Counted from the first letter of the whole stretch, positions 23,965 through 38,535 are shown. The stretch is DNA of 57,311 bases, filler included, from Asterionella formosa (GCA_002256025.1; 4 parts of 4 records of this genome joined end to end with filler, not necessarily neighbours in it), one strand, 5' to 3'. Notes: generated by a model not told the origin, from the sequence alone. Numbers and translations: made by a program.

Positions 23965-26900
23965 CTACATAAAGAGATGCCCATTTGCATCACCTTCCAG
24001 GACCTTGTCACTTAGACTTGGATTGATTTCCTCTTTGGCTTCTTCGTCATTAACAGATGCCTGGAAGAGGATCGCTTCTTCTCCTTCTTCTAGGTGCATA
24101 TCATTTGTTTGAGAAGAAGGTACTCTCTGTGAGTATTCATCGAAGAAACGAACGAAGCGTTCAGCATACAAGACTGGATGAACACAACTGGCGTCTTGCC
24201 AACCAGAGCCTTTGAGACGACGGTACCTGGCTTCGATTCGCTTTCGAATGTTATACTGCTGAAGAATATCGATGATCCCCATGTAAAAAATTTTGCCGTC
24301 GTACAGCTGATCACGGCCTGAAGGGCCTTTGAACTTCATCGGCATCTTAAAGCCAGAAGTGTCCATTGTCAAGCCGCCGTCCTTGCGATCAGATACAGGA
24401 AGGACGAAGTCCGGAATTTTGAAGCCTCGAATATTTCCATTGTCGTCATCACATGGACAAGGCACAAGATGTCCACATTGAGTGCACCGACATGGATGCA
24501 TGCGTCTGTATCCGTTCAAGTCATAATAGCGATGAAAGGGCCAGTAGACATTCTCAACAGTCTGTTCTTTTTTCATTTCAAGCTCAGCCATCTTGCTCAA
24601 AGTGGCCGTGCTCATAGGAGGCTGAGTAACAACAAGGTTCCCTGAGCCTTCCAAATAGCTATTGTCGTCATCATCTTCCAAGGCAAAGTCATACATCGAG
24701 AAACTGTGGTCCTCGGAGGCCTTGGAATATCCGCCTATAGTTGAGACATCGTCTTTGTCCGTTGCATGCATGGTAAGGTTTGGATTTGACTTGGACGAGG
24801 CCGCAGACTTCGGGTTCTCGGGAAAGCTGTTATATCCTGACAATGACGACTCGTTGACTGATAGCTTAGATTGCACAGAACCTTGATATGTTGGGCCAGA
24901 TAAATTTGAAGCATCACCCGCAGACGGAACCGACGTTGTCGTGGAGGGTTGACTGGGACTGGTGATGCTGGTGCGCTTTATTGCATCTCGTATAACAGTT
25001 CGGCTCGTCTCTTTACGTTCCAAGCTGAAACGGAATCCAGTATTGCCGGGGCTTCGATCAGAAGAAATTCCTTTCTTTGGTGGAGTGTGATGAATACCAA
25101 CAAGCATCGAATAGTCCATAATCTTCATTCGCCTCATAAAGGAACAGTCACTCAGGACCTGGTCTCGCAGTCGATGACGCACATCGGGAGGCAAAGCCAA
25201 CGCTGTATCAGGAAGTCCTCTACGTAAATCGTTGTCTTTTTTCACATCTTGTCCAGGTTTGGAATCTCGTCCAGTCACGGAGCCCTTCAAATCATAAAAT
25301 GATTGCAAAATCTTGTCGGTATAGTAGACAGAGTTCATGATGACGAATTTTACGTTTCTTCTCAAGTGGTAAATCTTCACGCGGTGCATCCCCAAGAATT
25401 TCGTCATCAAAGTATTCGGATTTTGGGAACAATGACGAAAATAGTGTGGAAGGATTCGCCGGAGGAATTTGCTTTCCGCGTTGGTCATCGTCTTCACCAT
25501 ATATTTGCCATCGCTTGAGTAAAAGAAGAATTGACCACTTTTTGCGTTGGAAATGAATTCAATAAAATTGGCATTTCCGCAAACTGAAAGTAAAAAATCG
25601 AATTCATTTACTCCGAACATTCTCCTAAGGTAGGCAAATGCGATTGGCGAATAGTCCTTAAATTTGAAAGTATGACCCAGCTGGTGTGGCGGCGTCAGGG
25701 TTCCTCCCTGCATAAAATCCAGCTCGTTTAGTTAATGATAGAAGAGTAAGCGTTGATCTTTAGGACGATGTACTTACAGAAGGCTTAAATTCATACTTTT
25801 CAGTGGCCATAAAATCATCGCTCGTCAGCCAACGTCGTCCGTCTGCTGTCATTTGCGCATTCGTAGTTCCAATCGATGTCCGAACACCGAGCATAACGGC
25901 AATCGATAGAGCATACAATTCATGCTGTCCATCGATCACCTTACCTTTCACATATGATTTGCGACAATCCTGTTTTCTCCTACTCTTTTTCCTCCGTCGC
26001 CAGCGTTGGTTCTGAATGATGTCGTGAGGATCGGACGACGCGAGAACTAAATTGAAAGGGTATTAGCATTGCTCTTGAGAATATTCATAGGCATTGCAGT
26101 ATTCTCACTTACTCTTCTTTCCAGTCTCCATTGTACCAGCCAGCACTTCCATCCCTGGTAATTGCTCTAAAAGGTGGCGAACATTTTCTGCCTGTGAGCG
26201 GTTCTTCTTTGGTTCTAGGTCTTCTATATTGCCAATCACAACCTCCGATTCTATCAAGAGATCTTTAGAGGTTTTCGGGGCAGAGACCGTTTTCCTTCCT
26301 TCTTCAACGGATTCAATAGATGAATCCATTTCGTTTTCCTCGTCAACCGCACTCTCGTCCCCTTCATCCACGACATATATGTCGTTGCTATTTGTATTTC
26401 CTTTCTGGTGATTAGGAGGTATGCGAGGTGGCTTTCCTCGACGATTTCCGCTCTTGGCTCGAAGTGTCGCTCGCTTGATGAATCGCCGAACAGACTGCGC
26501 GTGCAAGCTACGAGCAACTTTTACCATTTTGGGGACCTTGACTCCTCTGTTTGCTCTTAGCGCTTCTGCCGCTGGGGTGTTGTCATCGATGAGAGGGCTT
26601 TTCAATTCCGCCAAAACGTCCGTTGCAATTATGTTCGGTTCCTCTTCGTGTAAAATTGTTACAAGATCACTCATCGAGGCAACTAGGCGTTCTCCAGTTG
26701 AACTTCCAGTAATTCCTTCCGTCTGCAAAGTCTCAGAATTCAATGACTCGTCATCGTCAAAGCGCGATTGTGCACGAGTAATGTCAGCATTATCGATGGA
26801 ATTCGAGCGGTTCAAAGGCGCGGCTTGCTTTCTGGGCTGGTTAAACTTCGACACATCGGAATCAATAGATTCGGGGCCGTGGAATTGCGGAGGATTCGAG

Positions 26901-27028
26901 AACGGCAGGCCAACATCGACTTTGGATCTGAGATGATGAGAACCAAAGCCATTTCCTTCGGGTGATCCTTCGTCATTTCCGATCGGGGTGTCAGTCACAA
27001 GTTCATGACCAGTACGAGATGTTGTCAT
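23965..27028 (-). CDS. Phosphatidylinositol-phosphate kinase (PIP5K family); exons 27028-26113, 26046-25778, 25707-23965
   Basis: PIPK motifs FKFKDYSPIAFAYLRRMFGV, AKSGQFFFYSSDGKYMVKT, YDLKGS, KDND, IMDYSMLVGIH and FYMGIIDILQQY. GT-AG introns 26112-26047 and 25777-25708 keep the frame when checked by hand. The ATG at 27028 is assumed; a possible acceptor at 27045-27044 may indicate an upstream exon. Confidence 0.92.
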
Positions 27029-27758
27029 CTCTTCAGAAACCACCTGAAAGTTCCGGCTATCGCTCTATGGTGATTCCTCAAAATTTCTGCGATAAATGCG
27101 ATCTTTGGAAGACGGGATGGGGTGCCAGATTGCCGGGAATTTCTCTCCTTTTCCACTTTCGGGCGCTGAAGTAGAGAGATAATATGTCCCAGGAGGCTGA
27201 TAGTTCCGGAGCCTTCACAACTCTCGACCGAGTTTTAGTCTTCGTGCAACAGCTGACTACAACTAAATGGACGTTGCACACTACGATATTCCATGGGATG
27301 CATCGAACAAACAGCTGTACCGGCAGTTTCTGTTAGGAATGCTGATGCATACTACCGGTATAGTTTTGCCAGTACCTGGTACCAGGTACAGTGTAGCAAC
27401 GACATGCACACGTACATCTTACATACACCCTACCAGGTACAAGGTACTACCAGGTACCAAGGAGTATTGCGTTCACCATACATATACCAGTACCTGGTAC
27501 CTTAGTAAGTATTCTTGTTGTCATACGAGCGTACTGCTGGAAAAGCTTTAGTCATGTGATACAGGTTTATGTATGAAAAAATGTGATCATTGGAGCAGTG
27601 GCACTTGGTACACAGTGCACGCAACTATTACATAGCTATATTTACATACGGTAGATAATGAACGAATCTATCGTCCCTCCGTTGCTGCAAGAAAAAGGTT
27701 CTTATACAGCCAGCCAGCTATTTAAAGTGCTGACGTTGACACATACATAATAGGATTC

Positions 27759-29374
27759 GAGCATCTGCAGTGGAGCGACCAAATACCAAAGCCAAATCAA
27801 GTTGCAAATATCAAAACACATCACTTGGTCGTGAAATGTTTATCAATACCGGTACATGGTGAAATTTTTTCCCATCGCATCGACCAAATCCTAAAATAGT
27901 CAAATCTCCCGCTCAAATTTTTAGCGAATAGAAAATAGAGCTAGTGTGTGGTCACGTGTGTATCGTTGTTTACATGATGAGTACCTGGTACCAGGTACCA
28001 GGTACTACATGTATACCGGTACTTACACAAAATGAAAAAAGAGCAATTAAAGCGACTCATCAGATGATTATCACGTCTGCCATTTCCACAAGATGCATTT
28101 TCAACTAAGAAGAGACAATGCAAAGAAAAGTCGGCACAGGGGAGGAAGATCCAAGGTTGGCAAGTCTACTAATGTTATTCAATTATTTTTAATCTAAAAC
28201 TTTTATATCGGAAACATTGACATTTTACTAGCAATGTAATTGAATGTAATCCAATTATTTTGCAACTTTACTTGTTCATTTTCTAGAATCGATTCCACCC
28301 ATCGCTATAAAGTCTCTTTAGAATGCTTGATCGAATTCTGCAAAGAAACGATCCAGAGAGAACAAGATAAAATTTCAGGTAGCAGAACTCCAAAACTAGA
28401 ATTTTCACGACACAATGACGAACAGCCTTGGAAGTAACTTCGCGGTGATCATAACGTTGTACCTGGTTGTTTCATTACCTAATATAGTCGTAGTAAGACG
28501 CGAGAGTTGGTTCCAAAGTAGTAGACTGCGAATGATTCCAGACGAAGTTGTTGGGCACTTCCTGCATTTCAGTTTTGGGATCAGCAGAACATCGTTTCGC
28601 CCTTCAAATCACCTGTCNNNNNNNNNNNNNNNNNNNNNNNNNNNNNNNNNNNNNNNNNNNNTTAATTAATTAANNNNNNNNNNNNNNNNNNNNNNNNNNN
28701 NNNNNNNNNNNNNNNNNCGTCTGTCCATCCTGACTTAGCAATGGACGTAACCTGTGAATAGAGGCCGCAAAACTTTGTCACATCTTGATTGATTGTTCCC
28801 CATCGAGCAGTGCACGCTGTTGAGGTGCGATCCTTCCCATCTGGGATAAGCTCAACATAAATCTCGAATACCCTGCTCCAAAACTTGCTTGCTTTCTGAC
28901 CAGTCCCAGTGATTGCGTCTTCACTTGCAGCTACCCAGGCCCGAGAGAGTGCTTCGTCCTCTTCCTTCTCCCACGTGACACCGGAACCCATCCTGACAAT
29001 GATGATTGTTGTTTTATGATACACCACACCAGGATCACATTGGCCTATAGAGTTCTACATGAAGAGACAATAGTGAATGTACTGTGATTATGTATGCACT
29101 CATTGAACTATAAACGTTAGCTTGCCGGCGCGAGCCACAATCTAAACCAATAGAAATGCTCCTTTTATTTGGCTACGGTCGGAGTCTAATCGACCAACTA
29201 CCTGATATTTGGTCAATAAGGGGGTCATCCTCGATCAAGACCAAAGCATATTTGGTCTTGGTCGATGCGGTGGCTAAAATTTTTTTGCTTTTTCGACCAA
29301 CACAACGCATCATGACGTGTAATGACCCGCAACTTCAATTGGATTGGTATTTGGTCGATGCGGTGGCGATGCTC
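27759..29374 (-). mobile_element. Non-autonomous PIF/Harbinger element with a Myb/SANT-like ORF (spans a gap)
   Basis: Imperfect TIRs GAGCATC..CA..G.A.CGACCAAATACCAA at both ends, with flanks TTC and TTA. The ORF at 28718-28991 (TWEKEEDEALSRAWVAASEDAITGTGQK..KFWSRV...RWGTINQDVTKFCG) resembles Harbinger accessory Myb-like proteins. Confidence 0.75.
28618..28717. other. Assembly gap with linker
   Basis: N-run with TTAATTAATTAA. Confidence 0.97.
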
Positions 29375-30934
29375 TTATACTTGCATAATGCATGTATATA
29401 TCAATTAATTTTCAGATTAATGGATCAAACGATACGCTTCAGGTTAATGCAGCACTCTTATTCTCATTATCATCAAATTTTTAGATTTGCAATCTCAAGA
29501 TAGAAATCGTTCGATCAAATAAATTATTCATTTGATCTATGTAATGTGAAATACCGGTTGTTGAATTAGTAATCAACATTATTTGATAGTACTTTTAAAT
29601 TACATAAAAAAATTTAATACATTACGTGAACTATATTATAGAATTAAGTGAACAAAAATTTAAGGCAATGTGAACTGAATTACAGAATTAATTGAAGTAT
29701 TTCAAATAATTATGTGAAGTATTTCAAATAATTATGTGAAGGTGATCACGTAATATAGTGATGATCAGGAATGCATGCATGATACTCTGATCAAATAATG
29801 AACGTGATGTATTCAGATAATATATAGATATATTCAAGTAAGCATTTTGATGTATTCAACTAATTCATGTGATCCATTCAAAATCAACTAGGCTTATTTA
29901 CGTGATGGTCACTTCACATAATACGCGGCTTAGATGTATGAATCGAATGAGGTTTTGGATTGTTTGAAAATACCAATATGCAAGAGATTGAATCTCCTCA
30001 TTTTCTTATTTGAAATGTAACAAGTTCTTATAAGTCTTTGCAGCATAAGTACAGAATTTTTGGGTAGTTCGAGAATAAAATTCTTCCCATCACTCGAGTT
30101 GTGGTTTTGTTTTCGGAATGTTCATGTACATGAAGGTTTGAATGGGAGATATGAGTTGACATAGTTGACATGCATTTTCCTCTATGTATGAACTGCCCTC
30201 AGGATTCTCCATGATGGCATTATTGACAGAACCTTTTTCAGCTTCGCATGATTCAATAAGAATACCATTTTGATCATCCCAGTCATTGGGCATAACGAAT
30301 TTGGAAAGCTCAAACATAGTCAGGCAGATTATGGATTTTTGTTCTTCAACCAGCACTAGATCTCTTCCACAATATCCTGAACAGAAGTTTGATTTTCGAA
30401 AACAGGTTGATCTTCAGTAGGATGAGCAAAGATTCCTTTATTGTCATTGGGATCTTCCTCTCTATGACCAATCCTTGATGAATTGTTATTGTCTAGAATC
30501 TTTTCATTGTTTGACAACTCTTTTCATTGTTTGATATTGTTGTCTTCATTGGAAGAACAACAGAATCTATCAAACCAGCACCTGAGACATCATCATCTCC
30601 TGCCATTAGATAATCTGGGGTAGGGTTGCTTTTTGACATTTTCTGTATTAGAAAGCTTGTACTTGGCCTCTAAATGTCACCGGACATATCGTGCATTATC
30701 ATGAGAGATCGACTGGCTTCTTCTTGATTTGGTGATCGATCAATATGAATAGCCCGCTGCATTTCTTTAACAAAAATTGTTTCAAATGTTTTGGTTTTGC
30801 CATTGAGCATCACCTCTCTGATAAATTCGATGGGGCAATTAATGCATATTGGTCTAAAAGCAGTTAACACAGTGGTTTTTTACTGACGCTTAAGTAATCC
30901 TATGTCTCCCCTTGCTTCGAGCTCCCCGCCTACC

Positions 30935-33510
30935 AGGTACCAGTACCTGGTAGTGTCAAGTGCTTCCATCCTGTTGTAGCACGTGCGGGTATATCAGTAA
31001 TATTATTAGGATGATGACACGAAGAACAGTTTTTCACGACCGATTTATGTCCCGTTCTTCGTGACCGCGAGATATGGAAAGAGTCATATACCATCCAATG
31101 TTTATACAGCAGAGGAAACCCTGTCGCACAAAGATGGTCACGACTGATTCTGCTTGGGATCAATTCATTTGTGGTGACCCCGTTGTAGTTGTCCGGGAAG
31201 AAAAAGCGAAAGGGTCATAACTCGGACCAGCTTTTTGAGTGAACCGATTGTTCTTGAATCTTCAAGCAACAAATGAACCTTGCATAGTGATAAAATTGTC
31301 GTAGGGTACGTAGCGCAAGAAGGTGAATAGATTTTCCGTAATGACCTTCTAACAATAGTTACGGTATATATAAATAAATACCGGTATGTCAATCCAATTT
31401 TTAAGATTTTACGGGAAGGAGTTTCAAGATCCCGCTTGTGCAGCTTAAAACCACAAAAACAAATCAAGCTCACAACACATACCGATCGGTACACACCTGC
31501 ATTTTTCGCATTCCCCACACCCCATAGCATCAAATGTTTACGACTATTGTTCTCCTACTCACTTCTGTTGTTTCGGTCCACGGCCATGGGTATCTCCAAA
31601 CGCCTCGCTCCCGCAACTACGTTGCTTCCCCTGAAGTTGATGGAAAGGGAACATGGAATGGAGGTCTCACTGACCCACTCGTTGAATACAATGCTCCGGG
31701 TTTACACGTTGTTGGTAAGAGGTGTAAATTCATCATTCACAATCGTATTTTCTACCCTGATCCTGTCAACTCACTACTATCTTCCTGCTTTCCGTGAAAA
31801 ACGACGACAGGACCGCAGTGTGGCCAGTTTGGTGACAGAAACTATGATTTCCCGAATTCTACCACTGGGGCACTCCTTGCTCCAAGAATCCAAGCCAATT
31901 ACACTAGAGGGCAAACCATCACTGTTGAAGTCAAGGTAGGCAGGGACAATTCTACCACCATCATGCTGGCTTCTTGTCAGCCCATTTCATTAACATACTT
32001 TACTTTTCCTTCATTTTTGTTCCACATGACACAGATTTTTTCGCACCACGGTGGCCACTTTCAGTTTTACGCTTGCGCCATCACAGCTGGACAAAGTCCT
32101 AGTAAAGCATGTTTTCAAGCAAATCCATTGGAATTTGTGGAAGACTTGCTGTATGGGTCTCCAAAAGACGTCAACTACCCTTATAGGGCTTACATGGCCC
32201 CACCTGCCATTTCGAGCCCAAAGAACAATATGTTCAGTTACCGTATGAAACTACCAGGCAATGTTGTGGGTGATTTAGTCTTAATTCAGTGGTGGTGGTT
32301 GACTGGAAACTCATGTGACTATGCTGGTTACGAACAGTACACCTGGCCAGCAAGCTGGGGAAACATGGACCCAAACCTCTCCAAATGCATTGCTCCGGCC
32401 TACAGTGGAGCTGAGCAGTTCTGGAATTGTGCTGAAGTGAAAATTGCTGATATCAGCCAACCCACTACCACACCAGCTCCAGTGAAATTGACAGCTGCTC
32501 CAGTATTGGCAACTAAACAACCTACACCCACACCAGCTCCAATGCGTCCTTCCACAACAGTTGCTCCTACTGTAACACGAACGCCAGCTCCAACAATTAA
32601 TGTTACCATTGTCAAGGTTGGTAATTTCTGTGGTAGTTCATGGGCCAATGCTGGCCTTAAGTGTAGTATTTCTTGCAATGATGGAAACTCTACTGTCTGC
32701 AATGCTGGGGAGTACTGTTATGCAGGTGTTTCTTGTCCCGTACCAAACACTGTGCCAACAAAAGCACCTGCATCGCCAGGGTACATCACTGCTGCTCCAG
32801 TACCTGCCCCATCATCAGTTGTTACATGTGGTGGGGGTCAACGTGGAAATGGCATTTGTCCCCAGACTGGCTGGTGTTGCTCAGCATGGGGTTATTGTGG
32901 AACCGGAGCTCAATATTGTACTCGTCGTAACCTTCATGGCTATGAGGACAAAGAATAATGGTAAGGCGCAAGGTACCAGTAGTTTGCTTCATTCTGACTG
33001 CAGGTGAGATGATGCACTCAAGAAGTAAATTCCGGTATATGATTTAATATAAGAAGTAAATTGACCAAAACTAAAGCCTCAATTTGTCTTGGATTCACAT
33101 AGGGTAACCGGAGTACTGGAAAGTGACTGTTCTGATTGGTCATCCTTCATTAGATGTAGATGAAGTTTAGGAAAGTGACGTTTTTTCCTGCTATTTTCTG
33201 TGACTACAGTGGATACCTCCGCCACTTAAGCGACAATTGATATGCTTACATCATTGTCACATCGTTGTCACTGGCATCCTCATCTCGGTGCTCATCAACA
33301 TGATCAATTCTTAAAACGCTTTGTGGGAAGGAATGTGGTCTTTCGGGCACTTGCTCAGCTTCACTGAGCTCCTTAGACACATGAAAACGTCGGTGTTGGG
33401 ACTTTGCAGATGCAGTGAACAGAAATAGAAGCACAGGTGGAAGACAGCAGTGTTACTTATCAGAAAGCTGGATGTATCAATTTCATCAATTCTCCACAAA
33501 GGCATACTAA
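30935..33510 (+). repeat. Segmental duplication, copy 1 (copy 2 at about 39140-41697)
   Basis: Upstream region, LPMO gene, introns and about 550 bp downstream align closely with copy 2. Confidence 0.93.
31534..32958 (+). CDS. Secreted lytic polysaccharide monooxygenase (AA10/AA15-like) with P/T linker, Cys-rich module and hevein/CBM18 domain; exons 31534-31714, 31811-31935, 32035-32958
   Basis: The signal peptide ends VHG|HGYLQTPRSRN, placing His at mature position 1. Other motifs are IFSHHGGHF, VLIQWWW.TGNSC, EQFWNCAEVKI, NFCGSSWANAGLKC...CYAGVSC and CGGGQRGNGICPQTGWCCSAWGYCGTGAQYC. GT-AG introns 31715-31810 and 31936-32034 keep the frame. Confidence 0.88.
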
Positions 33511-33553
33511 TTGGCTATAAGGATAAAGAAATGTTCAGGCACAGGGTAGTTGG

Positions 33554-33830
33554 TGTTGAAATTGCATCCTGAAGCCCTCTATTGCTTTCCTGTATCCTGT
33601 AAGGACATGTCAGGGACCAAATAGGCTGTAGATATGAACAACGATGTTGCAGTAATCAATTGTAATCATTCCTAAGAGTTTTAATAGAATTGTGGGTTTT
33701 ACTGGTGATGTAGATTGTTTTCGAATTCTGAGTTTTCTCTTGAACCAAATTCTTTTTTGATTCATTCGATTCAATATGTAGTAGGTAATTTGTACCGGGA
33801 TTTTTCTTTCTTAAAATAATTTCTCCAACA
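33554..33830 (-). mobile_element. Putative 3' LTR of the Copia remnant
   Basis: On the minus strand it starts TGTTGG right after CAGCACGAGAG and ends TTCAACA. It lies just downstream of the RNase H region. Confidence 0.65.
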
Positions 33831-35400
33831 CTCTCGTGCTGGACATGGATGCTTACTTTGCTTGAACTCATAATTTGCTGACGAAAATGAATAATATTCG
33901 TTCCACATTTTTGTCATCTAGTCTGCTATCAATGCATCTGTTGGACAGTACTTAAGCTGTACTTCCTTTCTTTCAATAAGAGCAGTAATGTAAAAGTACT
34001 TGATGATAAAATGTCGCATGCATTTTCCTGACTTTGCTTTTCCATTTTCTTCTAGCTTCATTGCGCTAGTGTTGTCACGGTAAATGACATTCGTAGTCAC
34101 CTTGTGTTCTTGCGCTTCAATAAATAATTTCGTCCACAACACCTTTGATATAATGTCATCGACACCAACCAATTCTGCTTCAGTCGAACTTCTAGTGTTC
34201 AATTTCTGTTTTGTCGACATAGAACAAATCATTCCGTTTCCAAGTGACAATGTAGCTCCTGTGTGACTTTTAAAATCTTGCTTTGTGTACTGCAAACGCT
34301 GCATCAACATACCATTTAATGCTCTGAGTGTCGTCATCAGCACTAATAGATGCAACCTCATTCTGAGATGCTTTCAAGAAATTCATGATCTTGACTAATT
34401 TTGCCCAATCGCCTTCATTCGGTTCGATAGTTCGGGTTGCCAGAAATGCAATTCCTGGTTGAATGTCCTGTCTTCCTTGCTTACATTGGAACATTCCTTT
34501 CATAACAAAAGTATGACATATTTTTGCTTTTTCTCATTCAAGCTTCTTTGATTTCGTATCAACTGTGAACAATTTATCTGTCCATGGAAATTTTCCGACA
34601 CCTTCAAGTTTATCTGGAAAATCGTCAATCATTGATTTCACATATTTGGTCATATCCACCCTCAACACTCCTGGAAGAGAGTCAGAAGTGTATTTCTTTC
34701 TGTCCATGTGACTAGATTTCAAATTGTCTGCGTGTCAAGTATCTGTGTACTGTTTGCCATTAGCAGTGCAATTTGCAACGCATAGATCATATGGATTGAC
34801 CTTGAATCCAATTGACTCAATCTCCTTCCGAAATTTCTTGTAGTAAAACAATGATGACTGTAACCTGCCATATAATGCCTTGATCATCCTAACATATAAG
34901 ACCTTGTTGTTTCTTTCATAAACAACATAAATTTCATAAGTCTCAGGGCTGAGTTCCATCAACATGTTGACAAGTAAACCTCTAATTGTCATTATGATTT
35001 GTTCCCCTTTTTCTTTCTCATCGATATCCACTTGCACAAATGCATTTGGTATATCTGCAGTCATAACACCGCGATTTTGCTTTGCATCAATTGTTGCTGT
35101 TATCATAAGATATTCAGTCATGGTAGTTGGACTAGCTGCTTCATCTCTTTCCATGTATTCACGTTGCAACCTGCCATTGGCACAAGCTCTGCCTTTAATA
35201 CTCGTGTCTCTCTTTTCAACCAAAAAATAAGACTTTCTATTGCGCGTCGCTTTTTGATCTCTGTTAGTTCTTCAATCCTAATCGGTTCAATACAACTCTA
35301 TCATGTAGTTGTTTCTTTCCTTATACGCAGCATCTCTTCGTTTCAGGCCAAATTTCTTGAGGCCTTTTCTTAAGCTGATTGCGGATCCAATTTTTCAATA
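33831..35400 (-). mobile_element. Ty1/Copia RT-RNase H remnant
   Basis: IKGRACANG, TADIPNAFVQ, KALYGRLQSSL, NPYDLCVAN, WYVDAAFAVH, SHTG, KQKLNTRSSTEAELV, DNTSA and YCPTDALIAD, broken by frameshifts and deletions. Confidence 0.92.
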
Positions 35401-36053
35401 GTGTCAGAGCAGCATCGATCAATCAAGAAGCTGTCCTGTTAGAATTCTGATTGAAAGACTTCAACAGAAGATATGATGATAATAAACAGCTAAAAAGTAA
35501 TTTCACTGGGTCACAACAGTACATACTTTTTTCTTGATAAACGTATATACATTTATATACATTTTCGAGGATGGATTAGGTCATGTGTTAAAGCACTTGT
35601 CATGCGTGTTATTAGAAAGGTGCGATGAAAACCTGGTATGTACTCCCTACCTGTTATACCCGTAATCATGCATAACGCATTTGCATGATGATGCCGTTTG
35701 CCTAAATAATTTGCCATCTCCGTAGAAGTCAATACCAAGACAAGACATACTGGGCGCGCTCTGATAATAAAAAATTATTATATCATGTGTGTATTATAAC
35801 ACAAATTATTCTGGTGATCTGCTACATAGTATCGTCCTTGCGCTCTGATAATAGAGATATTTTAGATTACTTCTCTGACATAATATATATATTTTTAACT
35901 TTAATTTTCAACAGTTAAATTTTCATATCGATGCATCCTCTTGTATGCTATGCCGCCTCTTGTTCATTATATGCATGAGTTCTATATATTCATCATTGTC
36001 GGTCACTGACCATGTAGACTTTCATCTCATCTCCTGATGATGATGATGACATT

Positions 36054-37231
36054 ATGATCACATTGCTACTGTTAGCAATGTGCTATCCACCAGTAAATAG
36101 GACGCCATCGCTTGTTCAGGGAAAGTTTGACTGTTGATGAGGTCAGAAGAAGAAGTGGCAAAGTCCGTCGCCACGCACTACAGCATCCATTATCGAGTCC
36201 ACCATTCTGGACTTTGTTCAACCACAGCAAGCATGATGATGCTCTGATTACCTTGTGTGGGTTTGACCATGCTTCTTTCGAGCTCCTACACCAGCAGCTG
36301 TTCAAACCTTGTTTTTATTCCTTTATTCCCTGTAGGAAAAATACGGATTTCATTGTTAGAAATTCAACAACAAAGAAAGGTCGGCAAAGATACCTCTGTT
36401 CCATCAGTTGTCTAGCGCTTGGGTTAGCATGGACCAGGACTCGTGGTTCCTATATGATTCTTCAGATTATTTTCGGATTCACTCATGGTTCTTTGAGTGT
36501 TTGGTTGAGGTTTTCAAGGCGAATGATTGTAAAAGTACTGCTGACACATGAAGATGCCGTTGTGAGACTGCCTACTGCAGACGAAGCCACCTTGTTTGCA
36601 ACCATGATCAATCAGAAATACCCAGCACTTATAACAAATTTTTGGGGAGCAATGGATGGTCTGGAACTGACCCTGCAACGGGCTGGAAATGAAACACAGC
36701 AGAACAACTTCTACAATGGATGGACCCATGAACACTAGTATGTGACAAACTTGTTTCTTTTTTCGCCTGATGGAAAAATTTGCTGCTCATATTTCAATGC
36801 ACCTGGTGTTCTACATGACTCCACCATGGCAATTTGGTCATTAATCTATGATCAGATTGAAAGAGTTTACAGGGATACAGGCAAAAAAGTAGTTGTGGAT
36901 TCAGCATTTGCATCTAAAAAATCAAATGCAATGTTGAAATCGCATCAAAACAAGCAATGTTGATGCAGATGGTAATCCTCGACAAAGATTTGGTATGAAT
37001 CGCCAAGCCACCTCCATCCGACAGCTGTCGGAATGGGAAATGCGATGCCTTCAGGGATCATTTCCGAGAATCAAAGACAAATTTCGTTATGAAGAAAAAG
37101 GTGAGAGAAAATAAATTCTCCAAATGATTGTATTGCTCTACAACTTTCGTGCTAGCAAAGTTGGTCAAAACCAAATTGCTTCAGTGTATATGCCCTATTT
37201 GCATAGGAATGCAAATAGATATGCCATGTAA
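36054..37231 (+). pseudogene. Harbinger-type DDE transposase, inactivated
   Basis: WGAMDGL, FYNGWTHEH*, LFLFSPDGKI, APGVLHDS, VVVDSAF, RQLSEW.MRCLQGSFPRIKD and LLYNFR. In-frame TAG at 36736-36738 and a frameshift near 36955. Confidence 0.88.
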
Positions 37232-37299
37232 TTCAAAGTAATTATTCCTTCATGATTATTTAGCACCACTTCTTTCACATTATATTAGAATGAATTAAT

Positions 37300-38535
37300 T
37301 TAAGGTTGTTATTCATCATCACTACTACTGCTACCACTGTTGTTTTTTGGTGTTTGACATTGAGTGGAGGCAGAAAAAGTTTGTTGTGCATTGGCACTTG
37401 CTGTCAAGGTTAGATTTTGGCTTTGCATTGTTTACTGCATTGAAATCATGTTTGAAGCAATAATTGAATTCATAATTGCCTGAGTGGGATTGGCACTGTC
37501 TGTGGAGGTGGTTGTTTGAGATACCCCATGATTCAACAATGATGCCATGATTGGCATCATCATCATGTTCATCATGTTCTATTGCTGCTGTTGTTATGAT
37601 GCTGCAGGTTATCAGTATCAGTTCGAGTAGCCTTGTGAAGCAACTGTGTCGAAAGAAGAGAAAGCACTTTCTCAACAGGCCCAGTATTGTTTGATACTGC
37701 CTTATCTCTAAATCGAGGGGACACCATAGGTCGCGGAAATCTTGAACCAGAAAAATTAGCATAAGCGGCAGATGTTGCTCCACCATTGTCTTCACTCTCC
37801 CCAGAAATCGCTATAAAATCATCATCAACATTTGGCTCATCAATATTGGGCTCATTGGGCTCTCTCTCTATTTCAAGATCAGTGGATTCAATCTCAGCAC
37901 TTGCATCTGCTCGTTGCTCGATTCTTCGAAAATTTGGTTTGGCATATCTCACCTCAGCAGGACATGTTGGGTCCCCAGTTGTTTTCTTAACTTTGTGCAG
38001 CTGTGAAAACTTTCGGCGAAGTGAAGGTCCTGTCTGTTCTTTGTCTGGCATAATTCTCGTTGTGCTGTGATGCAACAACTTCCCATTCATGGGACCCAAT
38101 TGGCAGGTGAGTAGAAATGGTTTCCAGCAATGAGAGAATCTCATTGATCCTGAACTGTTGACCCCGACTCTGCATGCTTCAGCGAGCTCTTGGAAACGTT
38201 GGTGCTCACCTGGCAGTTGCCATTCTTGAAACTGAACTAGTAGGAGCATGTGAGAAAACGTTGTTGTTCCTTGATGGGGACTGAGTAACCCCAGAAACAA
38301 CAATCTGAGAAACACCTGGGACACCCATCCTACTGTCCTCATTGTCACTGGCAAACTCATCAGCACCAGTGTCATCTTCATTCTCGTCGTCGTTGTCCTC
38401 CTCCTCTTCTTCTTGTTGAGTCTGTTGTTGTTCTTGTTGCTGGTGACGGCAACGTTCAAGCAGCCTTGGAGAGGAAGGAAAGCCCTCCCTGGCTGCTCTC
38501 CTTTGACCAGAAGAAGATGAAGACATGGCCGACAT
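37300..38535 (-). pseudogene. Accessory Myb/SANT-like ORF of the Harbinger-group element, frameshifted
   Basis: F.INEILSLLETISTHLPIGSHEWEVVASQHN, then a frameshift to TGPSLRRKFSQLHKVKKTTGDPTCPAEVRYAK. The N-terminus is acidic and Gln-rich. Ends are approximate. Confidence 0.7.
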
